Source of the DNA: an uncultured Mucilaginibacter sp.
GTDB taxonomy: Bacteria; Bacteroidota; Bacteroidia; Sphingobacteriales; Sphingobacteriaceae
NCBI GenBank assembly: GCA_964524015.1
Contig: CAZGBN010000012.1
Location: 7,478-71,477, forward strand
Length of the DNA stretch: 64,000 nucleotides
Direction: 5' to 3'
The notes below the pieces were generated by a model. The model had not been told where the DNA came from and did no database searches. It saw only the letters and a list, made by a program, of their open reading frames with translations. Positions 58,256 through 64,000 of this stretch are shown here, piece after piece; the first letter of the stretch is position 1, and the number at the start of each line of letters is the position of its first letter. The position numbers were made by a program, and so were the translations under genes.

Positions 58256-59623
58256 TTAAGCGATATACACCGTTTTGATATTTACAAACTCATGGATGCC
58301 AAATAGACCCAATTCACGGCCATAGCCCGACTCTTTTATCCCCCCAAAAGGCAACCTCGGATCGGATTTTACAAGCGAATTTACAAAGCACGAACCTGCC
58401 TCCAGTTGAGTTGCGGCAATCCTTTCGCCACGCTTTTTATCTTTGGTAAATACCGCACCTCCTAATCCAAAAACCGAATCATTGGCAATTCGGATAGCAT
58501 CAGCTTCATCATTTGCAGATATAATGGCGGCTACCGGGCCAAACAATTCTTCATCATAAGCAGGCATTCCTTTTTTTACATGTGTAAGGATTGTTGCCGG
58601 GTAAAAGGCATTATTGCCAGTAGGCAATTCGCCACCCAAAATACATTTGGCACCTTTGGCTATTGATTGTTTAACCTGCTCATGCAATTCATCCCGCAGA
58701 TCAACCCTTGCCTGTGGACCGATATGCGTACTTGTATCCAGCGGATCACCTATTACCCGTTGCTGCATTTGTTCTAAAAACAACCGGGTAAATTCCTTTT
58801 CTACCGATTTAACCACAACAAATCGCTTAGCTGCTATACAGCTTTGTCCGCTGTTAATCAATCGACTGGTCACGCATATTTCCGCGGCTTTTGGTAAGTC
58901 GGCATCTTCTAAAATGATATAGGCATCGCTACCGCCTAATTCCAAAACTGTCTTTTTAAGTTCTGCACCTGCTTTTTCGGCTACTTTTTTACCGGCATTA
59001 GTGCTCCCGGTTAAGGTAACCGCTTTGATGTACGGGTTTTCTATTATCTTTTCTACTTCTGTATTACTTACCAGCAAGGTTTGGAAAACATTTTTTGGAA
59101 ACCCTGCCTGTTCAACCAATTCTTGAATAGCCAACGCACAACCCGGAACATTAGATGCATGTTTTAATACACCACAATTACCAGCGGCCAAAGCAGGTAC
59201 CAAAAAACGAAACACTTGCCAAAATGGGAAATTCCATGGCATAACAGCCAATACTACACCTATTGGTTGAAAGGTCACATAGCTTTTAGAAGCTTCAGTT
59301 TTAATAATTTGATCTTTTAGATGAGATTGGGCATTGGCTGCATAATACTTACATGCCGAAGCACATTTCTCTATTTCAGCAATCCCTTGCGCTAAAGGTT
59401 TGCCCATCTCTAAAGCCATTAACTTCGCTAACTCATCCTTACGCCCTAGCAATTTTTCGCCAAGATCGATCAATAGCTTGCCGCGTTCATCAAAAGAAGT
59501 TTCTTTCCACTTTAACCAGGCGGAATGGGTTTGGGATATCTTCTTCTCAACCTGTTCAGTTGTATGCGCCTTATATTTCTTTAACTGTTTTCCGTTAGCG
59601 GGATTTATTGAAATGATATCCAT
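58256..59623 (-). CDS. NAD(P)-dependent succinate-semialdehyde dehydrogenase
   Basis: Start moved to MDIISINP; MPWNFP, TGS, LELGGSD, GQSCIAAKR, EELFGP. Confidence 0.9.
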   Translation of the reverse strand: MDIISINPANGKQLKKYKAHTTEQVEKKISQTHSAWLKWKETSFDERGKLLIDLGEKLLGRKDELAKLMALEMGKPLAQGIAEIEKCASACKYYAANAQSHLKDQIIKTEASKSYVTFQPIGVVLAVMPWNFPFWQVFRFLVPALAAGNCGVLKHASNVPGCALAIQELVEQAGFPKNVFQTLLVSNTEVEKIIENPYIKAVTLTGSTNAGKKVAEKAGAELKKTVLELGGSDAYIILEDADLPKAAEICVTSRLINSGQSCIAAKRFVVVKSVEKEFTRLFLEQMQQRVIGDPLDTSTHIGPQARVDLRDELHEQVKQSIAKGAKCILGGELPTGNNAFYPATILTHVKKGMPAYDEELFGPVAAIISANDEADAIRIANDSVFGLGGAVFTKDKKRGERIAATQLEAGSCFVNSLVKSDPRLPFGGIKESGYGRELGLFGIHEFVNIKTVYIA

Positions 59624-59673
59624 ATCAAAATTGGTTTTAGAAATAACAAACGGTACTGAAAATGTTTTAATGG

Positions 59674-60918
59674 TTAGGGACGAACCTGCCCAGTGCCTTT
59701 TACCAACCATTTATAACTGGTAAGCTCCTGTAGCGCCATAGGGCCGCGTGCATGCAATTTTTGTGTGCTGATGCCTATCTCGGCACCTAAACCAAACTGC
59801 GCACCGTCTGTAAACGCCGTAGAAGCATTTACATATACCGCTGCGGCATCCACACGATTCAAAAAGGTTTCCATGTTATCCGTGTTTTCGGTAATAATGG
59901 CTTCGCTATGTTTAGAGCTGTTGTTGGCAATATGCTCTAAAGCATCTTCAAAACTATCTACCGTTTTAATAGCCATCTTCATTGACAAAAACTCGGTACC
60001 AAAATGTTCAGGGCAGGCTTTGTGTAATAACTCAACAGGATAATCGCCTTTTAAAGCATCAAAAGCGCGTTCATCAGCAAATATTTCTACACCAGCATCG
60101 CCTAGTGGTCTGGCTAATTCACGAAGATCATTTAGGCGCGCGCTATGTATCAACGCGCAATCTAACGCATTACAAACACTCACCCTGCGGGTTTTGGAGT
60201 TAAATATAATATTGCTGCCTTTTTTTAGGTCGGCAGATTCGTCAAAATAAACATGCACTATACCTGCTCCGGTTTCAATTACAGGTACTTTGCTGTTTTT
60301 ACGTACACTATCTATCAAACCCTGGCTGCCACGTGGAATAATTACATCAACATAACCCACTGCTTGCATTAATGCTTCGGCAGCTTCACGTTCCTTTGGT
60401 AATAGGGTAGCCACATTTACATCAATGTCATGTTTACTTAATACCTCATGAATAACATTGATAATAGCTTTGTTAGAAAAAGCCGCGTCGCTGCCGCCTT
60501 TTAGTATGCAAATGTTGCCCGTTTTAAAACATAAAGCAAATACATCAAAAGTAACATTTGGCCTGGCCTCATATATTACTCCAACTACACCCAAAGGCAC
60601 AGTAACTTTTGATATCTCTAAACCATTAGGCATGGTTTTTTGTGAAAGGATTGTACCTAATGGATTCTCTAGCTTGGATACATTTATAATATCCTTAGCA
60701 ATATCCTGTATACGCACAGCAGTTAGTTTTAACCTGTCGTAATTAGGATTGGCCGGATCCATACGGTCCAGATCCTTTTGATTTTCTTCCAGTAAAATAT
60801 CAGTATTGGCTAAAGCCGCTTGTGCCAGATCCTCCAGCACCAGGTTTATAGTATCAGCATCCAGGTTTGTTTTACGACCCGCCGCCTGTGCATTTTCAAA
60901 ATATTGAACGTAATCCAT
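59674..60918 (-). CDS. proA: Glutamate-5-semialdehyde dehydrogenase
   Basis: [38 protein letters not shown]. Confidence 0.97.
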   Translation of the reverse strand: MDYVQYFENAQAAGRKTNLDADTINLVLEDLAQAALANTDILLEENQKDLDRMDPANPNYDRLKLTAVRIQDIAKDIINVSKLENPLGTILSQKTMPNGLEISKVTVPLGVVGVIYEARPNVTFDVFALCFKTGNICILKGGSDAAFSNKAIINVIHEVLSKHDIDVNVATLLPKEREAAEALMQAVGYVDVIIPRGSQGLIDSVRKNSKVPVIETGAGIVHVYFDESADLKKGSNIIFNSKTRRVSVCNALDCALIHSARLNDLRELARPLGDAGVEIFADERAFDALKGDYPVELLHKACPEHFGTEFLSMKMAIKTVDSFEDALEHIANNSSKHSEAIITENTDNMETFLNRVDAAAVYVNASTAFTDGAQFGLGAEIGISTQKLHARGPMALQELTSYKWLVKGTGQVRP

Positions 60919-60923
60919 TGTTA

Positions 60924-62015
60924 TTAGTATTGTAAATAAAGGTAGTCATAATGCACCAGCGGCTTTTGGTTTTTCTGTCCAATTTTTTCTTTTGCCTTAT
61001 CCGCGCCGTATTCTGCTATGCCTAAACCTATCACTTTGTTATCTTCATCAACCAGTTTAATTATTTCGCCTTTATTAAAATCGGCTATTACTTTCACCAC
61101 CCCAATGGGCAGTACACTGGTAGCCTTGTTAGATAGCAAAGCATTTTTAGCTCCTTCATTTATTTGTACAACACCCGTAGCTGACCCTTCTGAATGTGCT
61201 ATCCATTTCTTTTTGCCTGATGCTTTTTTATTAGGAACAAAGCGGGTATGTACCACTTTATTATCCAAAACATCAGTTAAAATATTGGTTTTTGTCCCGT
61301 TGGCGATGTGTACCGCTATACCCAATTGTGCCGTTTTTTGCGCCATATGCGATTTTGTGATCATACCACCACGTCCAAATTGCGACCGGCTGGTTTGCAC
61401 ATATGAGGAAAAATCAATAGCACTACTTACCTCCTCAATAACTTTAGATTCCGGTAATTTTGGATCGCCATTATAAATGCCATCAACATTACTTAAAATT
61501 ATCAAGGCTTGCGCATCTAACATTGAAGCTATTAATCCCGCCAATTCATCATTGTCTGTAAACATTAGCTCTGTAATGGATACCACATCATTTTCATTGA
61601 CTATAGGTAATACATCGTGCTGTAACAATGTCTCCAAACAGTTTTTCATGTTGATGTAATGAACACGGTCAACTGAATTGCTGTCTCTAAAGTCTTCTTT
61701 AGTAACCAATACCTGCGAACACAGGATGTTAAACTTGTCAAACAAGTTAGCATAGGTATTTATCAATTTCACCTGGCCAATAGATGCCAATAATTGACGT
61801 GTTGCCACTGCATCCGACTTTTCAGAAACAGTGATCAAACTCCGGCCTGACGCTACCGCGCCTGATGATACCAGTATAACTTCAACACCCTGTTTTTTTA
61901 TAGCGGCTATCTGGCTCACCAAATGTTCTATACGTTGCAGGTCCGGCAAGCCGTTTTGCTGTGTAAAAACATTGGAGCCAATTTTGATAATTATACGCTG
62001 GTAATTAAAGCCCAT
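60924..62015 (-). CDS. proB: Glutamate 5-kinase
   Basis: [32 protein letters not shown]; PUA domain. Confidence 0.97.
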   Translation of the reverse strand: MGFNYQRIIIKIGSNVFTQQNGLPDLQRIEHLVSQIAAIKKQGVEVILVSSGAVASGRSLITVSEKSDAVATRQLLASIGQVKLINTYANLFDKFNILCSQVLVTKEDFRDSNSVDRVHYINMKNCLETLLQHDVLPIVNENDVVSITELMFTDNDELAGLIASMLDAQALIILSNVDGIYNGDPKLPESKVIEEVSSAIDFSSYVQTSRSQFGRGGMITKSHMAQKTAQLGIAVHIANGTKTNILTDVLDNKVVHTRFVPNKKASGKKKWIAHSEGSATGVVQINEGAKNALLSNKATSVLPIGVVKVIADFNKGEIIKLVDEDNKVIGLGIAEYGADKAKEKIGQKNQKPLVHYDYLYLQY

Positions 62016-62101
62016 TATAGTAACAAGTGGTTTAAATTACAATATTACCAAAATGATAGGTAAAGGAGGGTATGAATTATCAAGATATGACATAAATCTG
62101 T

Positions 62102-62165
62102 GTAGAGACGCAATACCTTGCGTCTCTGAACGGCATTAATTAGACACAAAGTATTGTGTCTCTAC
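62102..62165. repeat. GTAG-type REP doublet (REPIN-like), copy 2
   Basis: GTAGAGACGCAATACCTTGCGTCTC ... AGACACAAAGTATTGTGTCTCTAC. Confidence 0.8.
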
Positions 62166-62169
62166 GAAA

Positions 62170-62799
62170 TTAAAATAATGATGTCTGCACGCCTTGCCCC
62201 GGTGCGGAGCGTAACGGTTTTACCAATGAAGGTGTAGGCACCAGAACTTCCGCAGTTTTACCTGTAAATGGCAGGCGGGTAAACTCTTTCCATTTGGCAA
62301 AAGGAGCAAAGGTTTCTTTTTCCAACACTGTTAACTCATTTATCGTAAAACTTTCATTCCATTTAATGGCTTTAAAATAAGGCCATAATAAATTGAAATC
62401 GCTTACAGGTATGTTACGGGAAATAGTAATATGAGGCACCATAAATTCTTTAATATTGAGATGCTTCTTTAAGGTCTTGAACCATTGAGTAACTTCAGGT
62501 GGGGTTGATATTTTAGCATAAATGGTTTTATAATCCTCGCCATGGTTAAAATAATCAAAACTATCAATGGTTAAAGTAACAGGAGGGATGGTAGTTAGTT
62601 TGGGAGTTAGTGAGCGTATGGCCGGCTCAGTTAAAAAGCTTTTTTGGCGATGCATTTTTTTGATGGAGATATGAGCTATAGAGTGCATACTCTCATAATT
62701 GCCAATTACTTCTGCAGTATACAACTTATAATCGCGTACCAATGCTTTAATCTTATCCGGAGGAGAAAGCAATATCATAAAGTCGGCGTAATTTTTCAT
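62170..62799 (-). CDS. 2H-phosphoesterase (2'-5' RNA ligase-like) with C-terminal QTSLF motif
   Basis: Two HxS/T motifs, AHISI and PHITI; ends GVQTSLF. Confidence 0.8.
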   Translation of the reverse strand: MKNYADFMILLSPPDKIKALVRDYKLYTAEVIGNYESMHSIAHISIKKMHRQKSFLTEPAIRSLTPKLTTIPPVTLTIDSFDYFNHGEDYKTIYAKISTPPEVTQWFKTLKKHLNIKEFMVPHITISRNIPVSDFNLLWPYFKAIKWNESFTINELTVLEKETFAPFAKWKEFTRLPFTGKTAEVLVPTPSLVKPLRSAPGQGVQTSLF

Positions 62800-62826
62800 A
62801 TCAAAAATAACTTAGCGGGAAACAAT

Positions 62827-62847
62827 AATACTAATATTTTTAGTATT
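62827..62847. promoter_or_regulatory. Candidate Bacteroidota SOS box (CTAA-N5-TTAG)
   Basis: AATACTAA-tattt-TTAGTATT perfect 8-bp palindrome between the divergent 2H gene and dinB. Confidence 0.7.
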
Positions 62848-62874
62848 TACGAATAAATTTTACATATTTGTACT

Positions 62875-64000
62875 ATGGAACTCAAACGTCATATAGTACA
62901 TATTGACCTCGATTCTTTTTTTGTTTCGGTAGAGCGCAAGTTTAATCCTGATTTGATTGGTAAACCTGTATTGATAGGCGGATCAGCTGAAAGAGGAGTA
63001 GTGGCCTCCTGTAGTTATGAGGCGCGCAAATATGGTATTCATTCTGCAATGCCTATGCGGCAGGCTATGAAGTTATGTCCGCATGCTATAGTTATTCGTG
63101 GCAGTCATGGGCGATATTCGGAAGCATCGCGCGAGGTAACGCAGATTATTCATGATAGTGTTCCGCTTTACCAAAAAACATCAATCGACGAATTTTATAT
63201 TGACCTGACAGGTATGGACAGGTTTTACGATTGTTATCAGATTGCTACCGACCTGCGTCAGCGGGTTATACACGAAACAGGGTTGCCTATATCATTTGGT
63301 ATGGCATCAACCAAAACAGTAGCTAAAATGGCTACCAATCAGGCAAAACCCAATGGGCAGTTACTCATACCCCATGGTAAGGAAAAGGAGTTTATGGCGC
63401 CTTTATCTATTCGTAAAATACCAATGCTGGGCGAAAAGACCTGCCAAAAGCTATACCAATTCGGTATTGAAAAAATAGGTGATCTGCAAAAGGCAGATAT
63501 CCGGTTTTTAGAAACGGTATTTGGTAAAGCCGGAAGATACATATGGGAAAAAGCGCACGGAGTTGACGATGGCGAGGTTGTGCCGCATGGCGATCGAAAA
63601 TCTATCTCAACAGAAAATACTTTCCATACAGATGTAGCTGACCATAAAACACTGGAAACGGTATTAGTATCTATGACCGAGGAACTGACGGCTAAACTGC
63701 GTAAAGAAAATAAAGTAGCTGGGTGTTTAGCTATAAAAGTGCGTTATGCCAACTTTGAAACCCATACCCAACAAGAAAAAATAGCGCTTACCGCTGCCGA
63801 GCATATTTTAATCCCTGGTGTGAAAAATCTGCTTAAAAAAGCCTGGAACCAACACAGGCCCATAAGATTAATAGGAGTAAGGCTTAGTAACCTTTGCACC
63901 GGCAGTTACCAGATAAACCTGTTTGAAGATAATGAAGAGCGCATTAAACTGTACCAGGCCATGGATCAAATTAACTTTAAGTTTGGCGATAAAACGGTTT
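62875..64000 (+). CDS. dinB: DNA polymerase IV (3' end runs off window)
   Basis: MELKRHIVHIDLDSFFVSVE, GVVASCSYEAR, SIDEFY, AKPNG, YQINLFE; open to the window end, so absent from the ORF track. Confidence 0.95.
   Translation, partial: MELKRHIVHIDLDSFFVSVERKFNPDLIGKPVLIGGSAERGVVASCSYEARKYGIHSAMPMRQAMKLCPHAIVIRGSHGRYSEASREVTQIIHDSVPLYQKTSIDEFYIDLTGMDRFYDCYQIATDLRQRVIHETGLPISFGMASTKTVAKMATNQAKPNGQLLIPHGKEKEFMAPLSIRKIPMLGEKTCQKLYQFGIEKIGDLQKADIRFLETVFGKAGRYIWEKAHGVDDGEVVPHGDRKSISTENTFHTDVADHKTLETVLVSMTEELTAKLRKENKVAGCLAIKVRYANFETHTQQEKIALTAAEHILIPGVKNLLKKAWNQHRPIRLIGVRLSNLCTGSYQINLFEDNEERIKLYQAMDQINFKFGDKTV

Overview
AT-rich Bacteroidota chromosomal window, most consistent with Sphingobacteriaceae (Mucilaginibacter/Pedobacter-like). 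This is inferred from protein style and the many TAnnTTTG '-7' promoter boxes. It is mostly housekeeping: mutS, queG, ruvB, moaA-moeA-moaC-mobA-moeB, aspartate aminotransferase, bioA, comEC, alaS, gatB, topA, mnmA, proBA, a partial dinB, and tRNA-Ser(GCT) followed by a small compositionally odd islet. I saw no prophage, CRISPR array, transposase or recognisable defence system. The most interesting signals are: (1) at least six short 7/8-bp-period tandem arrays, most as inverted pairs, each with a different unit, abutting stop codons or promoters, one inside bioA; (2) a 2H-phosphoesterase with a C-terminal clamp-binding-like QTSLF motif sharing a CTAA-N5-TTAG palindrome with divergent dinB; (3) a ferritin-like di-iron protein right after bioA, a candidate BioE-like pimelate source; (4) a coupled membrane-anchored DEDDh nuclease and cNMP-CBS-nucleotidyltransferase pair; (5) three REP/REPIN-like palindrome families; (6) a 40-aa membrane protein missing from the ORF track. 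All calls come from reading motifs by eye; no searches were run.
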